64,000 bases of DNA from a virus: IMG/VR virus record IMGVR_UViG_3300011977_000001, one strand, 5' to 3'. Made by a program: the position numbers and the translations under genes. The first letter of the stretch is position 1, and each line of letters starts with the position of its first letter. This document shows, in pieces, positions 44,743 through 52,878 of the stretch. The notes under the pieces are model-generated. The model was not told the origin of the DNA, made no database searches, and saw only the letters and a program-made list of their open reading frames with translations.

Positions 44743-45898
44743 CGTTTTTCCCCCTCATGAACCTCTGGATCCTGTGAATAGCCACTCTTCTGATTTCTTT
44801 TGAAAGAGGCTTAGCATTTTCACCATTTGCGATGCAGTCACCGAATGCTTCTGCAAGCGCTTCGCTATAAGACCTCCCAGAATACCCACTTATTTCCTCA
44901 ATGTGATGCTTTTCCCTTTGTTTATTTCCGCTCTTTTTTTCGATGTTTCTGATCGCCGTTCTGACTACGTTCTGGGCCTCCTGGTGCCGTTTAGTCATAG
45001 CAGTCCCCTTAGCATAGTGCGGAATGTCAGGATTGAGTTCTGTCAAAACATATTCGATATGATGTCCAGCTTCATGAGCTGCAACGCTTTCTGCCGAAGA
45101 GTTTGAATGCCACCATCCTTTTTCGGAATTGTTTTGACAAGATTCTTTTATATGCCCACCTGTTCCATAGAAATCCGGGTTTAGTATTATGTTTCCATGC
45201 TCAAACATTCCAGGAACGTATGTGTCATCCGGAATCTCATACTTAAATGCATGTCTCATATTGACATTATAGAGTTTGGTGCTTCGATGCATCTGGATTG
45301 GCTCACACTCGCTAATTACGGTAGTTATTCCGGTCATAGCAGCTTTGCCAGCTTCCAGGTCAATACCGTCCATTCCTTTAGCAAAATCAATTCCGTACTT
45401 TTGTTGAACGTACTCTTTTAATTCTGCAACACTTTTGCATTTGCTTATATCATGATCAGTATTAAGTTTTGGAGGCATATACCCATCAGGCACATCTTCA
45501 AAGTCTGTAGATTCATCAAGTTCACGCTGAATCTGCGCTTCTCTTTCAGCTTCTAGCTTTTCTTGTTTTTTCTGTTCTTCTTCCCATCTATCCTCTCTTT
45601 GCTTGCGTTCTTCCTCATCTTGTTTGATAGCAGTATCAACTTTTCTGTCAAAATCCGGGTCGTTCTGATCGATTCCATAGAAAAATTCATATAGCCATCG
45701 GTCCTCGTCACTATACTTGCTCTCTTTTGTTGAGCTAGAAGCGGGCCCTGCGTTTGTTGATCTGGTGTCCGTAGCTGAGCTTCTTTCTAACTTTGGTTTT
45801 TCGTCTGCAGTCATTCCGCCTGGGGCAAAGCCAAAACGTCCACCCTTCTGCCTAGGATAGGGATTCGATTTACGGATTTCGTAAAAAAGTTTCGCCAT
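44735..45898 (-). CDS. HExxH metallopeptidase-like protein with degenerate tag
   Basis: Start chosen at MAKLFYEIRKSNPYPRQKGGRFGFAPGG (GAGGGAGA RBS). It carries AAHEAGHHIE and EALAEAFGD, making it a paralog of the 33933 and 35468 peptidase-like domains. Confidence 0.6.
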   Translation of the reverse strand: MAKLFYEIRKSNPYPRQKGGRFGFAPGGMTADEKPKLERSSATDTRSTNAGPASSSTKESKYSDEDRWLYEFFYGIDQNDPDFDRKVDTAIKQDEEERKQREDRWEEEQKKQEKLEAEREAQIQRELDESTDFEDVPDGYMPPKLNTDHDISKCKSVAELKEYVQQKYGIDFAKGMDGIDLEAGKAAMTGITTVISECEPIQMHRSTKLYNVNMRHAFKYEIPDDTYVPGMFEHGNIILNPDFYGTGGHIKESCQNNSEKGWWHSNSSAESVAAHEAGHHIEYVLTELNPDIPHYAKGTAMTKRHQEAQNVVRTAIRNIEKKSGNKQREKHHIEEISGYSGRSYSEALAEAFGDCIANGENAKPLSKEIRRVAIHRIQRFMRGKNDG

Positions 45899-46469
45899 CG
45901 TTCTCCCTCTCTTTCTTTTCGTGCACAATCACCCAGTCTTCCGCAAGAACATCTTCTATCTCGGCCATCCATCCGATGCCAAGTGAACCGTCCTCTTCCC
46001 GGATAATGAAATAGCCTCTGATCTCGATACGGCCGTTCTTGTCAATGCTCCTTGTTCCCCTAAGTCGGTTCCGGTACTCCTGGCTCAGCTCTGCGAAAAA
46101 GATTTTTTTGTTTGGCATGTAAAATACAAAGACACCATTAGGCCAGGCTTCCCTGGTGATTTTGTATCCTTCACGCATCCTAGCAGTTGCTTCACCGAAG
46201 TTCATGCAGTTTCCTTTGCCGGCCAGGATTCTTGCTGTATAGTCAGCATCATTAGAAAGCCGCATCAGGGAGACACGAAGATACCTGCTAAGGCTTCTCG
46301 GTACCTCCTTGTGGATTGACAGACTGATCAGTCTTTTTGCTGTATCAAAGTCTGAGATGTGCGTATGTCCTTCTTTGAACTCTTTTTCAGTGTTCCAGAC
46401 AATGTAACCATCACGGACTTTTTGGACCGCAAATTTATCTTTCTGGTAGACAGTTCTGATCTCGTTCAC
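45870..46469 (-). CDS. hypothetical protein with C-terminal DUF2829 (Tad2-like) domain
   Basis: 199 aa. The C-terminal half MNFGEATARMREGYKITREAWPNGVFVFYMP ... GWMAEIEDVLAEDWVIV fits the DUF2829 pattern (M.FgeAl..lk.G.k..R.gW...; DlLAeDWei at the end). Confidence 0.55.
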   Translation of the reverse strand: MNEIRTVYQKDKFAVQKVRDGYIVWNTEKEFKEGHTHISDFDTAKRLISLSIHKEVPRSLSRYLRVSLMRLSNDADYTARILAGKGNCMNFGEATARMREGYKITREAWPNGVFVFYMPNKKIFFAELSQEYRNRLRGTRSIDKNGRIEIRGYFIIREEDGSLGIGWMAEIEDVLAEDWVIVHEKKERENDGETFLRNP

Positions 46470-48169
46470 TCGCCATCAGCCTCTTTCTTCTCTTCGGTTT
46501 TTACCGGTGGCGTTCCCGCTGCTGCATTGACATGTTCCTTTATGCCGTTTCTACGCTGCTGCGGCTTTTCCATCTTGTCAGTTTGCTTCTCTGGCTTCGT
46601 ATTTGCCGCTTCTACACGTTTTTCAGCATTTTCATGTTCTGCTCTAGCTTCAGCTGATTTTCGGCTCGGCGTGCCGTCTAGGACGGTCTGGCCATCAGGT
46701 GACAGTTTGTGGTTTCGGTCAATAGACTGCAAGTATTCCTCAGCCCGTTCCTCATTTATTCCGATTCCTTCCAGCATCTGTTTTGTCAGGTCTCTTGGGA
46801 ACTCTCCTCGTATGTACTTGCTCAGTGCCGACTGAATCTTGTACATAGTCGCTGACTCTGATTTTTCATCCACTGGTGTCTGGTCTTGAGGGTCTCCCTC
46901 ACCATCAGGCTGCTCTGTAGCAACTTTTTCTGGAAGTCCACCGATCTGTCTCACATAACGCTCCAGTTCCGGGTCCGGTGTGATCACGCCTGCATCGATC
47001 ATTCCTTTCAGGAAGTTTGCGAATGCTGTCAAGTCTGGCTTCTCAATATCAGTGTGAGTCATCTTCGGATAGTCGGTGATACCATCAAATGCATGTCCGT
47101 TAATATCGATCAGTCTTCGGATTCCCTGGTTGTTGAAAGCCTCACAAATCGTATCCAGATAGGTTCCAACTGCCAGTGCGAACATAGCCGTTTTGCTATC
47201 AGCCAAAGCAAACGATCCAACAGAGTTCTGCCCCAGGAGTACAAAGTCTGCCAGGACCGATGTGGCAATCTCTTTGTGGTATCGATCAATGATCTGGTTT
47301 GTATCGAACTGCCTCCTGCTGCCTGACGTAAGGAGCTGAAGTTGCCATCCATTCGGGAGAACCAGTCCTTCACGCTCATCTCTACGAATACCGGAAACGA
47401 TTGACTGTGCACGGGCAAGCATCCGTTTCATATCCTGGTCACTATCGTCCCAAATGTCTACATCTGCCGGTGCTGTCAGTGTTGGAAAACCAGCCAGGTC
47501 TCTCTCGATACCGATTCCTTCAATCTCTTCAATTCTTTTCACGAAATACCATGCCCGGTATGCGCTTCGAAGAATTGATCTTCCCTCAGGATTTGCTTTG
47601 ACGGATTTTGTCGTAAAGTGAAGGGCTTTATCGATCGGAATCAGGACCTGTGTATAATTTGGCGGAGCACTCTGGACCATTCCAAGCAGCTTATCGGAAT
47701 TTTCTTCATATCTCCACTCGTAGAAAGTGTCCTGAGAACGTATCGGTAGCTTCTTCCAGCCAATCAGACCATCATTGTATTTTGAGCTCAGTCCGACATC
47801 CTTCTTCTTTCCACGTCTCAGCTTATAAACGATCTCATGATAAGACCATCCGTATGTGAGAAAGCTCAAAATTTCCGAAAGTGTATCCTGCCAGGTATAT
47901 TCCATGTCATTCATGCACTGTTCGACAAATTCTGCAGCCTTCTTGTCAATGTCTTTGTCACCGCCTGGAACGACCATGAACTTACACTGCCGAATCAACA
48001 TCTCGATTGCATATAGAATGCCGCCTACCACGGCATCGTTGTTCGACATTTCTTTGTAAGCCTCAACGCCCCTCAGACCATGAAGTTCTGGTACGAACTC
48101 CTCATAGAATATTCCGTTGTAGAATCGCTTTTGCCCGAGTCGCCCGTATTCGGCACCGATTTTTGCCAT
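46466..48169 (-). CDS. portal protein (Mu gp29 / DUF935-like)
   Basis: 567 aa immediately downstream of TerL. The N-terminal region EEFVPELHGLRGVEAYKEMSNNDAVVGGILYAIEMLI resembles DUF935 portals. Confidence 0.8.
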   Translation of the reverse strand: MAKIGAEYGRLGQKRFYNGIFYEEFVPELHGLRGVEAYKEMSNNDAVVGGILYAIEMLIRQCKFMVVPGGDKDIDKKAAEFVEQCMNDMEYTWQDTLSEILSFLTYGWSYHEIVYKLRRGKKKDVGLSSKYNDGLIGWKKLPIRSQDTFYEWRYEENSDKLLGMVQSAPPNYTQVLIPIDKALHFTTKSVKANPEGRSILRSAYRAWYFVKRIEEIEGIGIERDLAGFPTLTAPADVDIWDDSDQDMKRMLARAQSIVSGIRRDEREGLVLPNGWQLQLLTSGSRRQFDTNQIIDRYHKEIATSVLADFVLLGQNSVGSFALADSKTAMFALAVGTYLDTICEAFNNQGIRRLIDINGHAFDGITDYPKMTHTDIEKPDLTAFANFLKGMIDAGVITPDPELERYVRQIGGLPEKVATEQPDGEGDPQDQTPVDEKSESATMYKIQSALSKYIRGEFPRDLTKQMLEGIGINEERAEEYLQSIDRNHKLSPDGQTVLDGTPSRKSAEARAEHENAEKRVEAANTKPEKQTDKMEKPQQRRNGIKEHVNAAAGTPPVKTEEKKEADGE

Positions 48170-48185
48170 CGTTTAAGCGTCCTCC

Positions 48186-49643
48186 TTATCTCCAATAACT
48201 CATCTTCATGTTTCCAGGTTCCTCCGGTGGTGCGGAAGAAGTGTTTGCTTTTTCAAGCTCTGAGAAAGCTGAAGAACTAGCATCCACCATGTCCTTCCAT
48301 TTCCCGTCTGGGAATCCTTCGAGCTGTGCAAAATACATTTCATTCCATTCGCCGGCAATTATCTCGACATTTCCAGCCTGCCATTGGGCTGCATACGGCT
48401 CCGCTCTTGTGACCTTATCGCCTGACTCACGCTCCACTGCCACGGAGAATCCTGCCAACATCTTGATAAAGTTTGCTGCCTGGTCTTTTCCTGCCTGTCC
48501 CGGGTCCTGAGGAAGTCTTACCTTTACCTTGTGTTTGAATCGTTTTTTGTCGATAATTGCCGTATTATGTATCAGTCTCCGCACTTCATCTGCGGAATAC
48601 TGCTTATTGACCACATCAGCGACAACATATTTCCCGTTTTTGCGCTTTCCCATCAGGACACCAGCTGTGTAAGCTGCCTCCCCGTTCTCGTCTTTCTCGG
48701 TTGCTGCTAGGTCCCAGCCCCTTACCCATCTGACCACATCATCCGGGATTTGATCGATTACTGTGATCTGCGATCTCTTGAACATCAGGCCGGCAGCAGG
48801 ACGTATCAGCCAGTTTCCCTTTAACAGTCGTTCTCTCTCGACCAATCCCAGGGCCTGAAGATTCGTCAAGTACATCGGGTTCTGCTTTAGCAGCTCTTTG
48901 TTGTCGTAAATAGAAGAAGCTATAAAAGTGAAGGACAAGATGAAATTGTCCAGACCATACCGGATCCCCTGGCTTTCAAATTCATGTTTTGTAGCCTCAT
49001 ATGTTTCCATTACTCCTGGCTGTTTGAGAATTTCTTCCCTGGTATCACCCCAGACAAGTTCCTCATTCACTCTAGCGAAATATCGTATTTTCCCGCTTCT
49101 CTCCGGAATCGCATATCCGGTCTTCGGGTCCCACCACCATGAGATAAGTTTTGCCACGAACGAATCAGGGTCCGGGTTACATGTTGCTCTCACATATGGC
49201 TTCACTCCACATGTTGATCTGTTTCGGGATAGCATGTACCAAAACTGTCCTTCTGTGAAATGGCAAACCTCATCGAACTCAATCAGACAGATTTCTGCGC
49301 CCTGATAGTCCATTTTTGAGTTTTCCTTCTCCAAGTGTGCAAACATCACATTTGCGCCGCTTTGGAATTTCCAGTTCGGTCTCGGTGTTTTGACTGCTCT
49401 CGCTCCCGGATAAAGGTTGTAAATTCCAAACGATGCGTCCCATATAGAACCAGAGTTCATGACCTGTGCCATCGTTCTTCGGAATATTACGCAGTTGAAT
49501 TTCGGGTTATCTACATGTCTGAGCGGTTCATAGAGGATTGACCATGACTTGCCTCCACCTGCTGCTCCTCCGTAAATCACGATGTCAGCTGGTGACGACA
49601 AGAACTGCTCTTGTGGTCCTGGCTGCGGCTTCAATATCTTCAT
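48186..49643 (-). CDS. terL: terminase large subunit
   Basis: 485 aa with Walker A (YGGAAGGGKS), Walker B-like (CLIEFDEV) and a C-terminal RNaseH-like nuclease half (GWDLAAT...). Confidence 0.9.
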   Translation of the reverse strand: MKILKPQPGPQEQFLSSPADIVIYGGAAGGGKSWSILYEPLRHVDNPKFNCVIFRRTMAQVMNSGSIWDASFGIYNLYPGARAVKTPRPNWKFQSGANVMFAHLEKENSKMDYQGAEICLIEFDEVCHFTEGQFWYMLSRNRSTCGVKPYVRATCNPDPDSFVAKLISWWWDPKTGYAIPERSGKIRYFARVNEELVWGDTREEILKQPGVMETYEATKHEFESQGIRYGLDNFILSFTFIASSIYDNKELLKQNPMYLTNLQALGLVERERLLKGNWLIRPAAGLMFKRSQITVIDQIPDDVVRWVRGWDLAATEKDENGEAAYTAGVLMGKRKNGKYVVADVVNKQYSADEVRRLIHNTAIIDKKRFKHKVKVRLPQDPGQAGKDQAANFIKMLAGFSVAVERESGDKVTRAEPYAAQWQAGNVEIIAGEWNEMYFAQLEGFPDGKWKDMVDASSSAFSELEKANTSSAPPEEPGNMKMSYWR

Positions 49644-49662
49644 TCTTCCTATTCCTCATCCT

Positions 49663-49694
49663 AAAAAGGAGCGGTGATCACCATCACTCGCTCC
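49663..49694 (-). terminator. rho-independent terminator directly upstream of terL
   Basis: The - sense reads GGAGCGAGTGAT-GGTG-ATCACCGCTCC, an 11-bp stem with one bulge, followed by TTTTT. It lies 20 nt before the terL start region. Confidence 0.6.
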
Positions 49695-49695
49695 A

Positions 49696-49716
49696 ATTTT
49701 AGACACGCACTTCTGT
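49696..49716 (-). promoter_or_regulatory. palindromic-motif half + -10-like hexamer abutting the terminator
   Basis: The - sense reads ACAGAAGTGCGTGTC then TAAAAT. The predicted start point falls inside the 5' arm of the terminator hairpin. Confidence 0.35.
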
Positions 49717-49738
49717 TCTTTTCTAGTATTCAGGTAAT

Positions 49739-49888
49739 TTACAGTGACTCGATCAGTTCTTTGAACTCGACTTTCCATTCTTTCACATCCATCTGCATTT
49801 CTGTGCGTTTTTCAGTCGATATAAGCGGATTCTTCTCTGCTTCTTCGAGCCATGAATCGCACATGTCGTAATACATGTGTTTAAGCAT
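49739..49888 (-). CDS. small hypothetical protein
   Basis: Start chosen at MLKHMYYDMC (overlaps the TerS-like stop by 8 nt), giving 49 aa. Confidence 0.4.
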   Translation of the reverse strand: MLKHMYYDMCDSWLEEAEKNPLISTEKRTEMQMDVKEWKVEFKELIESL

Positions 49889-50405
49889 TTTCTTCCGCTC
49901 CGACCTGAATGTTATCGGCATCTTTCTCGTCCCTCCCATTGTCAGGCATATAGAATTTCACTGCCGGTTCGGTCTTTCCACCATCTTTGATCTCAATAGA
50001 ATCTGTCGTGTCTCCTCTGGATAGTCTTTCCAGTTGTGCAGCCACATCCACCATGCGGGTTATGTCTGCTGGTTTCATTGCGCCGTCTGGCAAGTCCTTC
50101 AGTGCTTTTGCCGCTTTCAGCAGCATCGACTCTGCCAGCTTTGTGTGCCTCGACCGCATTTTGGCGATCTCCTGGATGTGTTCTTTCTGGGCCTTCCGGT
50201 CCTGCTCATTGTCCCAGGCTCTCGCTCTTTCATCCCAGTCCCAAGCGTTTGACCATCGATATAAAAGGCTTCCACTCTTTTGTAACCGCTTTGACACCTC
50301 GCTTATCGTTCTCTCGGGCCCCAAATCCCGGAATGTAGCAAACGCTTCGAAACTCTTTGCAGATTCTCCTTTCTGCCTCTCCCACGGCTGTGCCTGTACG
50401 TTCAT
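49881..50405 (-). CDS. terminase small subunit-like HTH protein
   Basis: 174 aa. It has an N-terminal HTH-like segment (SAKSFEAFATFRDLGPERTISEVSKRLQKSGSLLYRWS). Located just upstream of terL. Confidence 0.5.
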   Translation of the reverse strand: MNVQAQPWERQKGESAKSFEAFATFRDLGPERTISEVSKRLQKSGSLLYRWSNAWDWDERARAWDNEQDRKAQKEHIQEIAKMRSRHTKLAESMLLKAAKALKDLPDGAMKPADITRMVDVAAQLERLSRGDTTDSIEIKDGGKTEPAVKFYMPDNGRDEKDADNIQVGAEENA

Positions 50406-50592
50406 GTAAATCCTCTCCTTCCTGCCTCTGGTTGCTGATGCACAAAAATAGAGCGGGCTTCACCAGACCGCTCTTTTTCTCCCTAGTTGTATTCAGTTTG
50501 TTAAAATGTACGGTTTGTATTTATATCATCACTACCATGTGCCTCCTGCTGCCCTCTCCAGCAGCTTTTTTGTGCCTGGTAGATGTTATCCT

Positions 50593-51027
50593 TTACTTGC
50601 TTCCCTCCGCTGCTTCATCGGAGCTTACCATCGCTTCCCTCTTCATTACTTCATCGAATACGTCAAGCGTAGCCTCTTCGTATCCTGCTGCCTTATCATC
50701 CCCATTCATTATCATGTCTGCACTTCTGGCCATAAGTCTTCCTATCAGGCTTTCTACGTCCATCTCGCCTCGGCTCTTTGCCTCGATCATGTTCCTAGCC
50801 AGGTTAGCTCTGCTCACCAGTTCTTCGACTCGGACCAGTCTATCCATGTTTCTGTGGTACTCTCTAACCGCATCATCGCCGGCCAGCCACTTATTCCAGT
50901 CTTCTAATGTCCCCTTGATCTGATTGATTTGTGGCTTGCTAGCCTGCTTCCTGACATGCAGTTCCAGTTCTCCGCCCTTTACCATCATTGTCAGCTCTTC
51001 CCCTTCTTGCACTCTACCTGTTTGCAT
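50593..51027 (-). CDS. hypothetical protein (candidate late regulator by position only)
   Basis: 144-aa helical ORF upstream of the packaging genes. Confidence 0.45.
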   Translation of the reverse strand: MQTGRVQEGEELTMMVKGGELELHVRKQASKPQINQIKGTLEDWNKWLAGDDAVREYHRNMDRLVRVEELVSRANLARNMIEAKSRGEMDVESLIGRLMARSADMIMNGDDKAAGYEEATLDVFDEVMKREAMVSSDEAAEGSK

Positions 51028-51096
51028 TTGTTTCTGAAATCCGTGGTTTATTCAAACTTTGCATATCTGGTGTTTGCTTTAGGTGAGTTATCGCTA

Positions 51097-51396
51097 TCAC
51101 CAATCCCAGCTGTTCCTCCGGTCATCTGCCAAATAATTGATCGTGTTCAGGCAAGCATTCCAGCCTATTGCGAAGCCTCCGTTGTACTCGTTTCCACGGG
51201 CTATCTGATCTGCTGCATCCTCAACACTATTCTGATTCGGTTCTTTGATAATCGGGCAGGTTCTCTTCCTCTGGCCTATCACCATCGGCTCTTCCTGGTC
51301 CGAAAATGCACAGTCCTGATGATCGTCCCCAGTCCCTCTCATCGGGCATATGTCGCACGTTTCAGGCTCGAAGTCCAATACCATAAGCGTTCTCAT
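51097..51396 (-). CDS. hypothetical Cys-containing protein
   Basis: 99-aa ORF. Confidence 0.45.
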   Translation of the reverse strand: MRTLMVLDFEPETCDICPMRGTGDDHQDCAFSDQEEPMVIGQRKRTCPIIKEPNQNSVEDAADQIARGNEYNGGFAIGWNACLNTINYLADDRRNSWDW

Positions 51397-51538
51397 CTCT
51401 TATTCCTCTCTGTGTGGGAGTTCATGTAAAGATTACGGTCACATTTCCCGCTCATCTGCGGATCCCTCTCAGCTAAGAGTCAGTTTCCATGCTCCGCTGT
51501 GAAATTTCACTCCCTCACGTAGTATTTCATTTCAAAAG

Positions 51539-51626
51539 TGGGGCGGTGGGATTCGAACTCACGGCCATGAGAAGGGGAGTTGTAATAAGTCTCATGTGTC
51601 TCCTGGGGAGTTTTTACGTTCCGCCC
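51539..51626 (-). tRNA. tRNA-like element (88 nt, degenerate or atypical; anticodon not assignable by eye)
   Basis: The - sense 3' part GTGAG-TTCGAAT-CCCAC-CGCCCCA gives a canonical T-loop. The 5' GGGCGG pairs with CCGCCC. The central 50 nt do not fold into standard D/anticodon arms by hand. Confidence 0.35.
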
Positions 51627-51853
51627 TGCTGGTCTCTCCCAACTGCCATACCTGTTTTCAGCATTGTTTCCAGGAATGCAACGGTATCAAAAGCATCCTC
51701 TCACTTTTCCCAAATGTTGAGGCAAAGGGCTTTTAGCCATCCCCCGGCATCCGATTGTCTTAAAGTCAAGAAATCGTTAAAGACTCAGGCTGCCAGGCTA
51801 CCCTGATTTCCATTCCGGACCATGCACCGCTAGCAGTGTGGTTCGGCGGGCAA

Positions 51854-51932
51854 TCGGGAAGGCGGGATTCGAACCCGCAAAATCACAATATAGATGGAGG
51901 TCTTATATGTTTTCCTGTTAAACTACTTCCCG
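51854..51932 (-). tRNA. tRNA-like gene with canonical acceptor, D and T arms but an expanded anticodon region
   Basis: The - sense has acceptor CGGGAAG/CTTCCCG (7 bp), D arm GTTT-AACAGGA-AAAC and T arm GCGGG-TTCGAAT-CCCGC. There are 30 nt between the D and T arms instead of ~23: ATATA(A)GA-CCTCCA-TCTATAT plus a 9-nt variable region. Confidence 0.5.
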
Positions 51933-51934
51933 AG

Positions 51935-51956
51935 ACACCGCATCATGATGCGGTGT
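51935..51956. other. perfect 22-nt palindrome between an ORF stop and the tRNA-like gene
   Basis: ACACCGCATCATGATGCGGTGT. It lies 2 nt from the tRNA-like 5' end and 6 nt from the stop at 51962. Confidence 0.6.
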
Positions 51957-51961
51957 ATTTC

Positions 51962-52210
51962 TTATGCTACCTCCTGCTGCTGTGCATACCTCTCGGCACG
52001 CTTCTCTGCTTTCACCTTTTCTTTATAGTCATCCATGAACTGGTCATAGAGGAGATAGCTGTAAAGCTCGTAACAAACGATAGAAAACGCTGAGATGAAC
52101 CACATCTTCGGCACCGTATCCGGTCTCACTGCTGCAAAAAAACCTATTACGCCGGCAGCTGTAATCAGCTTCGCTTTGATCTTGTTCTTGATCTTCACCA
52201 TGCGGTACAT
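51962..52210 (-). CDS. small membrane protein
   Basis: 82 aa with two hydrophobic helices (LITAAGVIGFFAAV, MWFISAFSIVCYELYSYLLY). Confidence 0.55.
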   Translation of the reverse strand: MYRMVKIKNKIKAKLITAAGVIGFFAAVRPDTVPKMWFISAFSIVCYELYSYLLYDQFMDDYKEKVKAEKRAERYAQQQEVA

Positions 52211-52767
52211 TCATACCCTCTCTTTCTCGGCCTAGCCGTTACATATGTCGTTCCACGTGAGTTCAGATTCATTTTTACTTTCTTGCCGCAATTCAGGCAG
52301 TTATATCTGATTTCCATTGCGGTCTCATTCGTTTTGTACTTGAAGTGTGCACCGCAAGTACAATCCATGTAGGCCATTTTCAGGTCAGGCAGTGGTGTTA
52401 TCGCTCCGCATTCCGAACATCTATATTCGCTGATCGGATTTCTGGCATTGAATGCTCTCAGTTTTCGGCATCTATCGCATCGAATCAGAAGGAATCCTTT
52501 GTACTTCTTAGGCTCCGTAATTGCTCCTACTGTCTCTCCATCTGAATTAGACGGAAACCCGATCACCGTTGAGTCCTTAGGCATTTCTGCTACTGTTACA
52601 AGCCCATCCGTCCCGGTCTGTTTAAGCTCCTCATCCGGAATGATCATATCTGGCTGAATTTCTTCTCCAGGCTGGACCACAATCATGCGCTCCCTCGCAT
52701 AGTTGATTACGTCCCAGGCATCATCCTGAGACATCGGAAAATCAAACCCGTTGATCGTCAGAACCAT
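52195..52767 (-). CDS. multi-zinc-ribbon protein
   Basis: 190 aa with CDRC..(17)..CSEC and CTC..(19)..CLNC Cys pairs. Confidence 0.6.
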   Translation of the reverse strand: MVLTINGFDFPMSQDDAWDVINYARERMIVVQPGEEIQPDMIIPDEELKQTGTDGLVTVAEMPKDSTVIGFPSNSDGETVGAITEPKKYKGFLLIRCDRCRKLRAFNARNPISEYRCSECGAITPLPDLKMAYMDCTCGAHFKYKTNETAMEIRYNCLNCGKKVKMNLNSRGTTYVTARPRKRGYECTAW

Positions 52768-52878
52768 TTAATTTTCGCTCCCTTTCTTTGTTACTCAACT
52801 AGGTCCTACGCTGTAATAATACACTTTATACAGTGTATTTTCTACTGGCAAAACGCACAATAAATCATCTTTTCTTTT

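Noticed and set aside
25449-45871. The YNPYHG tag copies as products of recent gene conversion or a DNA-level repeat
   Set aside because: Copies differ at most synonymous third positions while the peptide is conserved, so the signal is protein-level selection and not a nucleotide repeat.
51539-51626. tRNA-like element as the 3' end of a tmRNA
   Set aside because: No complementary GGGGC-type 5' partner was found within several hundred nt. No tag-peptide ORF ending in a resume/stop context was seen, and a second tRNA-like gene lies where the tmRNA body would be.
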